From positions 164,920,001-164,984,000 of the forward strand of contig OX597815.1 in the NCBI GenBank assembly GCA_951406725.2: 64,000 bases of DNA. Reading direction: 5' to 3'. The notes under the pieces are model-generated. The model saw only the letters and a program-made list of their open reading frames with translations, was not told the DNA's origin and ran no database searches. A program made the position numbers and the translations under genes. Numbering within the stretch: the stretch's first letter is position 1; every line of letters begins with the position of its first letter. Of this stretch, positions 1 to 14,334 are shown one piece after another. The DNA is from Octopus vulgaris. Lineage: Eukaryota.

Positions 1-307
1 TCCTATTTCATCTCAAATTTTCTATTTAAGTTGTTTTTTATCTGACTTTTTATAGCTTAGATTAAGCCTTTCTCTCAACTCTTGTAAATATTTGCCTCTC
101 TTTAAGAAAATGTTTGTTTTCACGTCTTCTTGCTTACTTAATTTTATGAAAACACAAAAAAGAAGAAAACAGTTTTGTTTCTTTACCTTTCCACCTCTCC
201 ATGTGTGTGTATGTATGTATGTATTGTGTGTGTGTGTGTGTGTGTGTGCGTAAAGAAGACCTCAATGTTTACACTTTTGACTTTGGTTATTTTCATTTCT
301 GATACAG

Positions 308-443
308 AATCTTCAACAAGCTGGACAAGTGTGGTTTCCTGATTCTGCCTACAAAACTGCTCAGACAATTAAAGATTTTAATCAAGAAGAATTACCTTTA
401 ATCATTTTTGCCAACTGGAGAGGATTTTCTGGTGGAATGAAAG
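308..443 (+). CDS. ACC: Acetyl-CoA carboxylase, internal exon (carboxyltransferase domain; gene starts upstream of the window)
   Basis: AG acceptor at 306-307, GT donor at 444. Translates [45 protein letters not shown], the conserved ACC motif. Confidence 0.96.
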
Positions 444-539
444 GTAAAAAAAAAGAAGCTTGTTACAGAGATTTTTATAGAATTTTATCATTTCATCAAA
501 GAAGCACTAAGTATTAGTCATATTCTCTCATAGATTTAA

Positions 540-755
540 CCTTTTAGCATTTAAACCAGCCATATCCAACTTAAATATTCTGCCTGTTTTATGTTCAAAC
601 TGGTCACATCTGACCTCTCACACCTACTCTACAATGTCATTCTGAAAATAAACACTTTATTGAAATCCCAAAGCTACAAGATAATACATGATTCATTCAA
701 AACAATGTGAATAAATAAGCATTACATTTGACAGAGTAATCTGAATGGTAAAGGG
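540..755. mobile_element. piggyBac-like MITE
   Basis: TTAA|CCTTTTAGCATT ... AATGGTAAAGGG|TTAC. Related copies at 13436-13643, about 27917-28545 (split by a SINE) and about 51463-52400 (split by SINEs). Confidence 0.7.
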
Positions 756-2080
756 TTACATGATCAAATTTGTTGCCAGGAGAGTTTAATTATTATCAAT
801 AATATTAATACACTAACTTTTTGTTTTTATATGTACCTGTTGTGTGTGTCACACTTACTTCAAAGAAGTGGCAAAGCAAGAGAGAGGAGGACAGAGAGGA
901 AGTAAGAAAGAATGAGAGAGAGAGAGAGAGTGAAAGAGACTGCGAGTGGTGACGGTGTTCGTTTTGTGTTTTTAAATGTTTATCACATCACAAGAGAAGT
1001 AGATACATATATACATTGTTAAATCAAAAGTGGGAGAGAACAGGGACACAAAGGAAATGAAAGAGAAAGAAGGAAAGTGAGAGAGACAGTAGATACATAA
1101 ATCCAAAGAAAAGTTTATACATAAATACGTACACACAACAAATATTGGATGTCAATTTCACTTTTCATTACCACATGACAATAAAATTAACTCACAAGTG
1201 GCTGAGTACTCCACAGACATGCATAACATTAACGTAGTTCTCATGGAGATTCAGCCTCACACAGAATATGACAAGGCTGGCCCCTTTGAATTACAGCTAC
1301 AATTTGAGACATATATATATGAATGTATTTGTGTGTATAGTTTAGGTTACTTAAAACATGTTTGCAATAATAAGTGTCGTGTGGGGGAAATAAACACAAT
1401 TAACAAACTTTCATTCATAAATCCATTTACCATTTCGTTCTTTTGCATTTCAATCTGTTCATTAAGGTTCTTGGAATATGTACTATGTATTTTAAGGTTA
1501 AATAGTAATTCTGTTTATGTTTGTGTAACCAAGATATTTTGGTTGGATTATTTAGTCTTTGTTGTTACATTACTTTCTATATTCTGTAACAGTCACAATA
1601 TATTTACCTAGGCCTGAATTTTTTGTGGGGAAGCGGCCAGTTGATTAGATCGACCCCAGTACACAACTGATACTTAATTTATCGACCCGAAAGGCAAAGT
1701 CAACCTCGGCAGAACTTGAACTCAGAATGTAAAGATAGACGGTCATAATATACAAACATTTCTCATGGCGCCAGTACACTGTTTACAGATGCTTACATTT
1801 TTAAATATTTTCGGTGAATTTTTCATGGGTCCAGCTAGTAGTTACTATTACAAATATTATTGTTGTTGTTTCATCTGTCTTTACATTCTGAGTTCAAATG
1901 CCACCAAGGTCGACTTTACCTTTCATCCTTTCAGGGTCGATAAATTAAGTACTAGTGAAACAGTGGGGTCGATATGATCGACTAGTTCCCCCCACCCCAT
2001 AAAAAAAATTCCAGGCTTTGTGCCTTTATTAGAAAGGATTATTATTATTATTATTATTGTTGTTATGTTTATCATTGCAG

Positions 2081-2258
2081 ATATGTATGACCAGATTCTC
2101 AAGTTTGGCTCCTACATTGTCGATGCCCTTCGTGTTTACAAACAGCCAGTCATGATTTACATTCCACCTTATGCTGAATTACGAGGTGGTGCATGGGTTG
2201 TTCTTGATCCCTCCATTAATCCAACGCACATGGAAATATTTGCTGATGAATATGCCAG
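2081..2258 (+). CDS. ACC: Acetyl-CoA carboxylase exon
   Basis: tgcAG acceptor and GTatgt donor, phase-compatible with the previous exon. (D)[58 protein letters not shown](R). Confidence 0.96.
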
Positions 2259-4042
2259 GTATGTAAACAATATTGAGTGAAGAAGCTCATATTTTCCAAT
2301 GACACAACACAACACTTATTTAAGCCCTTCACTCCCTGTGCTACATAGGCTATTGAAGACTTTTCTGCATTGATGACTTGGGCTGTCTTCTCTGCTTCAG
2401 CACATGATTCAGTGGTTAGAGCATTGGGTTCACAATCATGAGGTAGTGAGTTCAATTCCCGGACTGAGCTACATATTTCATTCTTGAGCAAGACACTTTA
2501 TTTCATGTTGCTCTAGTTCAGTCAGCTGTAGAAATGCTTTGCAACATCACTGGTACCAAAGTGTATTGGCCTTTGCCTTTCTCTTGGATAACATTGGTGG
2601 TGTGGAGAGGGAGGCTGGTATGCATGGGTGACTGCTGGTCTTCCATAAACAACCTTGCCCAAGCTTGTGCCTTGGAGGGTAACTCTCTAGGTGCAATCCC
2701 ATGGTCATTCATGACCAAAGGGTGTCTTTATCCTTTTATTCAGTTTGATCTCTTCTTATTTAGCTCTGCTTCAGTACCCATCCTCCTCTCTCTCCTTTAC
2801 TCTTTTACTTGTTTCAGTCATTTGACTGTGTCCATGCTGGAGCACCACCTTTAGTCGAGGAAATCGACCCCAGGACTTATTCATTGTAAGTCCAGTACTT
2901 ATTCTATCGGTCTCTTTTTGCCAAATCACTAAGTTACAGGGACACAAACACACCAGCATCGGTTGTCAAGCGATGTTGGGGTGGGGGGGATAAACACACA
3001 TGCATATATATACATATACATATATACAACAGGCTTCTTTCAGTTTCCATCTACCAAATCCACTCACAAGGCTTTGGTCACCCTGAGGCTATAGTAGAAG
3101 ACACTTGCCCAAGGTGCCACGCAGTAGGACTGAACCCGGAACCATGTGGTCGGTAAGCAAGCTACTTACCACACAGCCACCTATTTTTAAGACATCCTCT
3201 CTTCCACCTACCCTTGTTGGTTCATGTTTCCCTGTGGGAAGGCCTTCCTCTCTCAGGTCATGTTGGTTTTGAATTGTCATTGATGCTTTTGTAGCTGTAC
3301 ATTTTTTTTTCTGGGTAGAGGATCTTTGTCTTCCAAGTATCCAGTCCACACTGTAAAGTGGTTTCCATTTGAATGGGCATCCAGCTGTAATAACCATGCC
3401 AAGACCGACCTTGCCTGTGCTGGTGCCATGTAAAAAGCACTCAGTCCATTCTGCTGGGTGGTTGGTGTTAGGAAGGGCATCCAGCCATAAAAACTGTATC
3501 AAAACAGGTACAGAAGTCTGGTGCAGTCTTCTGCCTGGCCAGCTCCTGTCAAATTTTCTAACCCTTGCCAGCATGGAAGGTGGATGTTAAACAATGATGA
3601 TGATGATGAGGTATTGGCCTTATGCAAATCATTTTTTACCTCTAGGAAAAGTTAGTCTGTATTATTGTGGCATCTATCCTTTGATCTGTCTGACATGGGA
3701 GGCCCTCCTAAGAGCTCATGCTCTGCTGGCAAAGCTCTCAGAATCATTGTGGTACACCAGCTACCTCACTACAACAAGGACTGGACCTTGCAATGGCATG
3801 ATACAATACTTCCAATGTATTTCTGCTTTTTTATGTTAAGATACAAACTTTATCTATTTTGTAAATTTTCCAATCAGTTTCAGATTCTTGTTTACTTATA
3901 TGTGTTTAAAAAGCCACAATACCTGACTGATTTTCATTGCTTTACATTTGATAAAACATCCAGTGTAACCTGCGCTTTATAAAAAAAAAAAAAAAATGTT
4001 TATCTATGTTGAGTTTTCTTCAATTTCTTTTGAATTCTGCAG

Positions 4043-4310
4043 AGGTGGTGTGTTAGAACCACAAGGTACTGTTGAAATTAAATTCCGAAGAAAAGATCTT
4101 GTTAAGGCTATTCGCCGTATTGACCCCCAATGTGCCAAGTTAGTGGAACAGCTCAACTGTCCAACTCTGACCAAAGAGGAGAAAAACCATCTAGAGTTGG
4201 ACTTGAGCAACAGTGAAAATGAACTGATGTCCATCTACCAGCAGGTAGCGGTAGAGTTTGCTGACCTTCACGACACTGCTGGACGCATGGTAGACAAAGA
4301 AGTCATAAAT
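4043..4310 (+). CDS. ACC: Acetyl-CoA carboxylase exon
   Basis: tgcAG acceptor, GTAAGT donor at 4311. [19 protein letters not shown]...[24 protein letters not shown]. Confidence 0.96.
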
Positions 4311-4933
4311 GTAAGTAGCTGCTCATTTCCCTTCCCAATTTTCACCTGGCATTGTGTTGTTTAATTGGGCTCTGCTTTGTACCTGGTTGCCTATCTGTTT
4401 GTTTGCTGGTTTGAAGTTTCTGATGTTCTTGAAATCCTGTGACCATTTCATCTACTGCCTACTCCCTGAAGGAGCTGCTGCGTGGTTGCTTGACTTGCTA
4501 GAAATGGCAGTCACATCTCCCTTAACTCTTTCATTGCCATATTTCTGTTGAAATATACTACTTTAGTTGTAATTAATTTTGAAAATAATGAAGAATTTAG
4601 TAAAACAACTTTGTCATTCTTAAAGTGGTATTTGGACACATCATGAAATTTTGATGAAAGATTTCGGTTTAGATCACTTTAAAACAGGTTGTGTGTATCA
4701 AACTGTTTAACCCATACCGGCAGGGAAAGCAGTTGTTAGATAATGCCGATGATGTGTACATACATGCATGCACACACATACATACATGCAGAGTATTGGC
4801 CACTTCAAAGGCTACAGAAGACATTTGGCTTAAGTGGGATTGAACTTGGGTGTAAGGTGGAATCAAACCACATGGTTGCAAAGTGATCTTCTTTCTCACA
4901 CAGCCATGCAACTTATATTATATTCAAAGAGGG

Positions 4934-5147
4934 TTACTCTTTTACTTGTTTCAGTCATTTGACTGCACCCATGCTGGAGCACCACCTTTAGTCGAGCAAA
5001 TTGACCCCAGGACTTATTCTTTGTAAGCCTAGTACTTATTCTATTGGTCTCTTTTGCTGAACCGCTAAGTTACGGGGACGTAAACACACCAGCATCGGTT
5101 GTCAAGCGATGTTAGGGGGACAAACAGACACACAAACACACGCACAC

Positions 5148-5180
<33 letters not shown>

Positions 5181-5343
5181 CGACAGGCTTCTTTCAGTTT
5201 CCGTCTACCAAATCCACTCACAAGGACTTGGTTGGCCCGAGGCTATAGCAGAAGACACTTGCCCAAGGTGCCACGCAGTGGGACTGAACCTGGAACCATG
5301 TGGTTGGTAAGCAGGCTACTTACCACACAGCCAGTCCTGCGCT
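4934..5343 (-). mobile_element. SINE family A copy in an ACC intron
   Basis: Reverse complement of 38675-39080. Confidence 0.88.
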
Positions 5344-5484
5344 TAATGGGTTGTGGAAAAAAAATTCTCAGTAATAATCTCAGTGATAACCTTTACAGTT
5401 GTATATTGTATATTTATATTAACACTATTTTATTTTGCTTTTGCATTATCAGTGATATATTTTGCTTTTTTTCCCCATTTTTAG

Positions 5485-5655
5485 GAGATTGTGCGATGGA
5501 ATACAAGTCGTGAATTCTTTTATTGGCGTTTGCGTCGCAGACTTCTTGAAAGTCAGCTAAAGATGAAGATGATACAATTTACCAAAGATCTGCAAGATGG
5601 GCAATTAAACTCCATGTTACGTAGATGGTTTGTTGAAGACCAGTCAACAGTAAAC
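5485..5655 (+). CDS. ACC: Acetyl-CoA carboxylase exon
   Basis: ttAG acceptor, GTAAG donor. EIVRWNTSREFFYWRLRRRLLE...MLRRWFVEDQSTVN. Confidence 0.95.
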
Positions 5656-6788
5656 GTAAGCTTTTTATTTGTATTTTTTGCTAACATTACTGGGACTGCT
5701 TTTCTTAGAGTAATGATAGTAGACTACTATTGATACTCGTTCACCTCTAAAACAGTAACTAAATGAGATAACTCCTACATAGTCAACCTTCTAGAAATAG
5801 CAACCAAATTTCCCCGAAGTTACACACCCTGCAGTCTCAAAACAGGAATTACACTTGAGACAAAAATATACCTGCTATATCATCATCATCATTTAAAGAC
5901 CATATTCCATTAACAGGATCCGTGTGGCCCTAGGACTGCCTTATGCTCCAGTGTTTGCTTTGGCATAATTTATATAGCTGGATACCAACCACTTTGAGAC
6001 AACTCCTGTTGTCTCGATACAAAACATTGTTTATCAATTGCCTATTTTTATTCATCCGCTCATGTGACACAATTCTGTCATGTGAAGTTTCCCTATTCCC
6101 ACATCATTTGTCTTTTAGCTTACACCTATTCGTCCAGTTATGTGTGACACTTTATTGACTCTGTCAGGTGATATCTTTAATATGTTAATTAATTTAATGT
6201 TTTTTCTTTTACACCTTGAGGGTGCATGTTTTTAGTACAGTCTTATTCATTTAGATCATGGACAATTGGAATGCAGTTTACCCTTTTACATTTCATTTTG
6301 GAAATATTGCCATATTTTTCGTTCATTAATAAATTCATTATCTGAGCACAATGTCATTATTTGTTCCTACTCTCTTTTCTAAAATATGAGTAGTCATATA
6401 GCTTCTCAACAGCAAAAAAATCTATTCTGCTCTGGCCCTTATCTCTCATACTTTACCCTTCTCTACCATAAAGTTGTTGCTGTTTGGTCTTGCAAGCTGT
6501 ATGGCAACATCTCTAGTGTTGATGGCAGGAAAAAAAAGCATCCAGTATATGCTGTTAAGTTGTTGGTGTTAGGAAGGGCATCCAGCTTTAGAAACTATGC
6601 CAAAGAAGACACTGAAGCATAATGTAGTTGTTAGGTTCACCGACTCCTGTCAAACTGTCCAGCCTATGCCAGCATGGCACATGGGCAATAAATGATGATA
6701 ATGATATAGATGCATACAATACATGTGTCTGTATGTGCTTGTGAGTGTGTGTAGTTGTATGTATATGTTTCTCTATATATGTGTGTGC

Positions 6789-6822
<34 letters not shown>

Positions 6823-7402
6823 CAATAGGCGTAGGAGTGGCTGTGTGGTAAGTAGCTTGGCTTGGTTATGAACCACATGGTTCCGGGTTCAGTCTCACTG
6901 CATGGCACCTTGGGCAAGTGTCTTCTACTATAGCCTCTGGCCAACCAAAGCCTTGTGAGTGGATTTGATGTATGAGTGTGTGAGTTTGTGTCTTGTCTTG
7001 AGTTTGATTGTCGGTACCATACAAGCAGTGTCTGTCTTCATTTTCTAAATGCTGCAAGAACATTGTTCAGCCATGGGGAAATACTACATTGCATGAAAAT
7101 GGTTAAGAGCTGGTGATAGGAAGGGCATCCAATTGTAGAAAATCCACCTCAACAAATTCCATCCATGCAATGCAAGCATAGAAAAAAGAACCGTAAAATG
7201 CTGCTGATGATGAAAACCCATATCCACGTGTCTATAAAGTTATATGTTTATAACATTCATGTATCATGTTTGGTGTGGAGAGTAAGATTTTAAGTTCTTG
7301 AATTAATTATGGCTTTGCTACCTCAAATTACACACACACAAGAGAGAGAGAAGAAGTACAAAAATGATTTTAAACTCCATAATTTGTTCTGATTATTTGC
7401 AG

Positions 7403-7536
7403 GCATATTTGTGGGAAAACGACAAGGCTGTTGTTGAATGGTTGCGAGATCAAATGGATGATGACGGGCTCCACAATGCCATTGCAGAAAACATAAAATG
7501 TCTGCAGAGAGACCATGTCATTCAACAAATTCGAAG
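7403..7536 (+). CDS. ACC: Acetyl-CoA carboxylase exon (missing from the ORF track)
   Basis: tgcAG acceptor, GTAAT donor. AYLWENDKAVVEWLRDQMDDDGLHNAIAENIKCLQRDHVIQQIR matches the ACC AYxWDNN...ENIKCI.RDYV..QIR segment. Confidence 0.93.
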
Positions 7537-7731
7537 GTAATTTCTTACTTCAGCTTAAAGATCCTTTAGATAAAACAGTCAGTTTTATATCAGTTTTAGA
7601 AAGTATCTTGATAATGATTACCACTATCAGACATATTGTATGTAATAAAAGTTGTTGCTGTTATTGCATCTGACTGTTTTGCATCCATTGTACTATGGTA
7701 ACGTGCTTGAGGTATATATATATATATATAT

Positions 7732-8294
7732 ATCCTTGAATCCTTAAAAATGTTTCAGCCCAAAAGCTGCAACCATGCTGGGGCACCACCGTTGAATGAG
7801 CTACACTAGTCTGTGAAACCACCTCTGATACGTGGCACTTGGTCAACAAGGGAGTTTGACGCTGCTGCCCGCATCTGTGTTTCCTGCCAAGAGGTAGGTT
7901 CATCTGGAACCCCTGACAAGAAGAGATCCAGTTTAGTTTTAAAGAAACCCACATTCACACCATGCAGGTCTCTCAAGCATTTAGGAAGGATATTGAAGAG
8001 CTGTGGTCCCCTGAAACCCAAGATATTGCAGTATCTGGTCCTGTATTTTGATGGTGATGTTGGGATCTTTGGCACCATGCAGTGGTGCCCCGTTCTACAG
8101 TTGGGGTAACTTTCAATGCCAAAATTCAGGACAAGACCCTCCAGGATTTTCCAGATGTATATCACTGCATATCTCTCTCGCCTTCTCTCCAGGGAGAAGA
8201 GTTTTAATACTTTCAGTCTTTCCCAGTAGCTGATATTTTGCATTGAGACGATCTTTTTAGTGTAGCTTCGTTGGATTGCTTCGAGTTCTGCTGT
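7732..8294 (-). mobile_element. CR1/L2-group LINE 3' fragment (ORF2 C-terminus + 3' UTR) in an ACC intron
   Basis: ELEAIQRSYTKKI...SYWERLKVLKLFSLERRRERYAVIYIWKIL...GPQLFNILP...FKTKLDLFL is the typical post-RT region of CR1-group ORF2. Confidence 0.85.
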
Positions 8295-9256
8295 ATATTT
8301 TTTTTCATTTTTTTTTTTGCTTCTTAACCACATGGTTTTGGGTTCAGTCTCACTAGTTGGCACCTTTGGCAAGTGACTTCTGTGAGTGGAATTGGTAGTG
8401 CCACATAAAAGCACCTAGCACACTCTGCAAAGTGGTTGGCATTAGGAAGGGCATCCAGCCATAGAAACCATGCCATATATACATAAATGTATGAGTGTGT
8501 TCCTCTGTGTTTGTCTCCCCCGACCACTGCTTGCCAACCAAACCAGTGTTGGTGGTTTGTTTATGTTCCTGTAACTTAGCATTTCAACATGTTGTGGTGT
8601 TGATTTGTACGACTAAACCCTTCAGGGTGGTACCCGAGCATGGCCACAGTGCAATGACTGAAACAAGTAAACAAAATATTTATATATCTTGCTATAAATC
8701 TCTGTTACATTGCTACCCTTTATAAAAAGTGCATATGAAACCATACTAGGCTTGTTGGTATTAATAGTATTTTGGGTATTTTAGCATAGGTGTAGCTATG
8801 TGGTTAAGAAGCTTACCTCCCAACCGCGTGGTCTTGGGTTCAGTCTTACTGTGCAGCACCTTGGGTATCTTTTACCATAGACCTGGGTCAGCCAAAACCA
8901 TGTTGGTTCATTTAGTAGATGGAAACTGAAAAAAATCCTGTCATGTGTATGTACCCTTATATTGACATGATGATTATAAATGAGCAAATGTTTTGTTTCC
9001 AGTCTTTTGTGAAAAATGTTTGGGCGTGAGAAATAATACCTCACTTGGAAGCGTGTGCAGGTTGGCAACTTTGAGAGCATTAGTCATAGAAAAATCTGCC
9101 TCAATGAAGTTTGTCCCACCCATGCAATCATGGAAAAGTGGACATTAAATGATGATGATGATGATGATTGTGATACCAGCACTTGAAAAGTTCTCTCCCT
9201 TTACTCCCATTCCATCTACAATCACCTGCAATAATTTTTACCTTTGAATTTTTCAG

Positions 9257-9371
9257 TTTGATCCAGAACAATCCTGAAGTTGCCATGGACTCAATTATTC
9301 ATATCAAGCAACACATGAGCTCAACACAGAAAGCCGAAGTGTCCCGCATTTTCACTAACATAGACACATGA
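9257..9371 (+). CDS. ACC: Acetyl-CoA carboxylase terminal coding exon
   Basis: tttcAG acceptor, phase 2. (S)[37 protein letters not shown] matches the metazoan ACC C-terminus. Confidence 0.94.
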
Positions 9372-12300
9372 TCAGTCAGTCCTTGATAATAGTGGAATGT
9401 TTCTATTTATTCCAAATTATCATTGCTGAATGTTTCTTAATTTATTATTTTTCTATTATATATATATATATTCTTTAAATTTTCCTGTTATGTACGTTGA
9501 ATTTCCAGTTTTGTAGCTATTTATTTTTAATTTTCATTCATATGTTGACTGTTTCTGTTCAGTTTGTTTAACAAATATATCTCAGTAGTACTTCCTACTT
9601 TTTCCAACAATGTATAATTTTTAGGTTTAATCTTACACTTTGTTAAATTGAAAATATAAATTTGTACATAACAATACTTTAGCATTTTTGTTAGCTTGTT
9701 ATATTTTCCTTAGTGGCCTTCTCATAGCTCTTCATTAGCTTTTTGCAATGTAACTATTACTGCTTACATCATCATCATCATCATTATTATTGTTATTAAG
9801 GTGGTGAGCTGGCAGAAACGTTAGCATGTTGGGCAAAATGCTTAGCAGTATTTCGTCTGTCTTCACGTTTTAAGTTCAAATGCTGCCGAGGTCAACTTCG
9901 CTTTTCATCCTTTCAGGGTCGATAAAATAAGTACCAGTTGATGTGATCGACTATCCCTTTCCCCCAAATTTCAGGCCTTGCGACTATAGTAGAAAGGATT
10001 ATTATTATCATTATTATGGGTATTGGTGTGATTAAAACACTAGAGTACTGGACCTAATGACTTGCAGTACATCTATCTTTGTTCATCACAAGTGTTTGGT
10101 TAAAAAAAAAAAACAGAGAATTAAATGAAACTGGTAAATGAATAATAGACCATATGGGAAATATAGGTTTTGTTCCGAGTCCCCAAGTCTGCAGTCCAAG
10201 CAGCATTGTTGACTGATCACCCACTTGTGTTATCACAGATCAATTCATGATAAGTCTAACATAGTCCACAGTGAGTGTGCCATGTTATCCTGGATCAGAG
10301 CTGAATGAATCTATGATAGATGAGGATAGATGTACTTGGTTTTGTCACTTTATTGGTCTGAGTGCTAATGTTGCTGGGCTCAGCTTTACTTTCCATTTCT
10401 CCTTGGCGATGGCCAATAAAATAAGTACTCAGAGTATCAACTTTACTACTGCTATATAAATTTTGAACCTTGTGCCAATGTTGATAGTATCAGTAGAGCA
10501 TTGGGCTTCATGTCTAGTGATATTTAAATTTTGAATCCACATCTCACCAATGTCAGTTTTGCTTTTCATCCTTTCAGAGTTGATATATTAAAGTTCCAGT
10601 CACTTACTGGGCTTAGTATAATCAACAGTGTCCTTGTAAATTATATGACTTTATGTCAGAAGTCCACTATTTTCTTTTATTGCCATACTTATTGCCATAT
10701 AAAGTGCATGATTGCCACAAATTCCAAATTTTTCTGTAAAAATCTCAGATTTTATGTCTATGTAAAAAAAAAAAAAAAGTACAAATAATGACTTCCAAAT
10801 ATGAATGTGTAATATTTTTAGACTACTGTAACTAACCAGTTTATAATCATATTGCTTCCTAAGGGAATGAAAATGTTACATGCAAGAGTTCACATAAATA
10901 TTCACTGTCAAATGTGATTATTCCATTTAAGAAGGGTTTGAAGAAGACAACTTAAAAGAAAAGAATGATTTCTTGTCCTTTTGTGTGTAGCTGGTGATAT
11001 TAATGTTATCCATTGTAAAATTATTTCAGTTTGAATGTTTAAATTACCTGGTGATGCAGCTTCTGTTGACTGTTCTAATGTTAGTAATTTCTCTTGAATT
11101 ACTAAATATGCTTTATTAGTATCTAGAAGTTTAAAAGTGAAATACATGTCAAGACAAAAACAAATGTAAAATAAAAATATATTTTGAAAAAGAAAGCTAA
11201 AAATATATTTTGTTCAAGTAAAATGAAACTTAAGCAGAAAAAAAAAAGAAAAGAATTTAATAATTTTCTTTGCATTGAAGTAAATTTTTGGTGCTTTGTC
11301 TGATAGCTGGGTTGTTCTGTGTAATGTAACTAATTCTACTTACACAGTCATTACTTGCTCTAGTACACACTGAAGTAGTCAATGCTAGCTTTATGGTAAA
11401 ATGGTGACTTGTTTGAGAGCTGAACATCATATCCTCCTGCAATAGGATACTAAAGTCCCAATTTTCTCAGGGCTTACTTTAAAAAAAAAATTAAGCGTAA
11501 AATATTGGTCTTAGTTATATGCTGACAAGGACATGTGGTTACCTTGTTCAGAGATGAAACATTTAATCACCTATTTTTGTTTTACTCTCATTTACAATAC
11601 CTTTTATTTTTGGTACTGTTCTTGCTTTCCTTCATGTTTGAATGTGATTTTTCTCTTGCTAGCATTGGTTGGATGGATCTGCAAATGTTGATATTTGCAT
11701 GAAATGCTAGATTTAAGGTACTCTACAACCACATTTCCTTGCTTATGCAAACCAATCACCTAAATAAGAATGATTGTAACCATGTTCATTACACAGGAAC
11801 TTTTTACCCTTTTAAGTCTACAGCCCAACACTTAAACAACTTAAGTCACCCTGTCCATTTGAATATTAGTTTCTCTGTATAATTCTTTTATTTATTGGAC
11901 AATCACATGTGATATTTATTAATCATGGAGTCATTTAAGAAAAAAATATAATTTATCCTGATAGAAAATATTGTGACAGCTAATTTATACATTTGTTGCA
12001 ACCTTTTCACCCCGGTGTGTTTTGGCCCTAACCCAATAAGGGTCGCTTATTTTGACAGTAATAGAGGCAGGGAGTTGTATGCTAAAAACTAAAAAATGAT
12101 ACTAGGTAGTTTTCCCCACCTCCTTTCTGTTTGCTTCAGGACAGATATATTCACAACTGGAAGCTTATTGTAACTTAAATATTTATAGTGATGTGGTGCT
12201 GAGACACTTGCTGGGTCCTTGCATTTTTGGGAGTGTCTTAACAATAGTGAGGCCCTAGTTTTTGAGTATCTTAACAAAAAAATTGGTAGATTATTAAATT

Positions 12301-13435
12301 TGATTTATGCTTGGTGGAGTGGGGGTTAGCACAAAAGAATGATGCAAACATTTACCATCCATGTCTCTAACTAATTACAATAATTTGAAGCACAAGAACC
12401 ATTTAGAAACACACACTCAAACATATATAGTGTATATATGTATGTATGGAGGTATCTTATTTAATATATTATTTATCCTGATATACATACATAAATATGT
12501 GTATAGATATATGTGTGTATGGATACTAATGCATATATATATATATATATATATATATTGAGCATTGTCAAAAATTAATTCTTTCAATATCAAGCTACCT
12601 GATATTGCCCTTAGGTCTCTGATACAATACCTTATATTTTATTATGCAAGAACCTTCTGTTATATTTCAAATATCAGCTTAATAATGCTTAATTTAGTCA
12701 TTTTATGAAATACTTCAATTTCAAGATTAATTTAAATATATTAGTAGTATATTTGATTAGAAATAGGGTCTTGAAAATATTTAGAAAGTAATATTTTTGT
12801 CTCTTAGTGCAAAAGCTGAGTAGATGAAGTACTGGATACTTCAGTCTTCCCTCAGAAATCCATTATTGCTTTGCATTATTTTGTTCTACATAACACTCTT
12901 AAAATTTGTTTGTCTCAGATCTCAAACTAAATAAAATCTTTAAAAAGCCCCTTTAGCTTTAAACATCAAAATTCTGAATTTGTTAACAATAAAGAATGAA
13001 TAGCTTAGTATTTCTTCAGGTAAATGTTACTTGAGTAAAGTGTTGCACAGTGCTAATATTTCCAACTTCCTGCAGAATGAAATTACATTCTAATAAAGAT
13101 TGAGATTTATCTTAGCCCGAAGAACAAAAATTAAGATACCCTGCAACCACATGTCCCTGCTAATGCAAACCGTTCATCTAAATAATGATGAATCTAAATC
13201 TTCAGGAAAATTAAACAGAAATTAAACAGAAATAGTGCTTGTATTGTTTGATTAGTTATCCTAGTGTAAGTCTGACTGGAAATGCTAATTAAAGAATTCT
13301 GAGTAATAATTTCTAACTTTTTAGTACTCTTAATTAAGGAAGATATTATTGAAATCACTCATTGATACCCATTAATTTTTTTTTTTTTTTGTAATTATTA
13401 TTCATTCCCCAAACTAAATTAAACATGAACTCAAA

Positions 13436-13643
13436 CCCTTTAGCATTCAGATTACTCTACCAAATGTAATACTTATTTATTCACTCTACTTTGAATTCAT
13501 TTATGCATTATGTTGAGGCAAGGTTTTGATGATGGGATTGCTTATTTTTGGAAGGACATTATATGGAAAGTGTGAGTAGATAGGTGGAACATAAAGCAGG
13601 TAGAATATTTAAGCTGGATATAGCCAGTTTCAATGCTCAAGGG
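13436..13643. mobile_element. piggyBac-like MITE, reverse copy of 540-755
   Basis: CCCTTTAGCATT ... AATGCTCAAGGG|TTAA, with internal similarity to 540-755. Confidence 0.7.
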
Positions 13644-14334
13644 TTAAAGTAAAGTAATCTCATCAGAAAACTCTTTGTGGAAACCTCTATAAATGGGCTC
13701 ATTTCTTGGTAAAAGAGATTAGATTTGTTAATTTTGAGAGAGAGAGAGAGTGAAAGGAGTCTCTTCCCCATTTATTTTGTAACATGCCAAATGAAGGATG
13801 TTTTGTTATGAAAGATATCCTGAGGTATTGAAATGACAGCTTCAAGGGGTTTTGAGATGTTCATGTTAAAAAAATTTCTTTTCAAATGATTTGCATCATT
13901 TCCACACCTTGATATTTGTTGGTATGTGTGTATGCGAGTAAAGCCCACATAGATACAGATGAGTACATGTACATAAACATACTCACGCAGTCATTGTACG
14001 TATGCAGATACATAAATACACACATCGACAAGACATTATTACATAACTATATGTGTGACTGAAATCTTTATGTTCAAGTTTGTAAGTCCCATTGATACCA
14101 GTGAGGTATCATATTGATACCCTTCTAGTGACATCACTAGTATCCCCAAATATTGGAAATAACTTCATTTTGTTTTATTAATTGCTTATATTAAATTGTA
14201 AAGAGAGTATTGTAAATCTTGGAAACTGTGCTCCTACTGGGACCAATCATGTTTGTAAATAAAGAAAAAAATATAACCATTTGCCTTGTTTTTGTTAATA
14301 TATTTTTTAGTTTTGTATGGCTCTTATATGAACA

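Noticed and set aside
7806-8414. 202-aa ORF as a host gene
   Set aside because: Chimeric: the N-terminal part comes from SINE sequence and a poly-A run, and the rest is a LINE ORF2 3' fragment.
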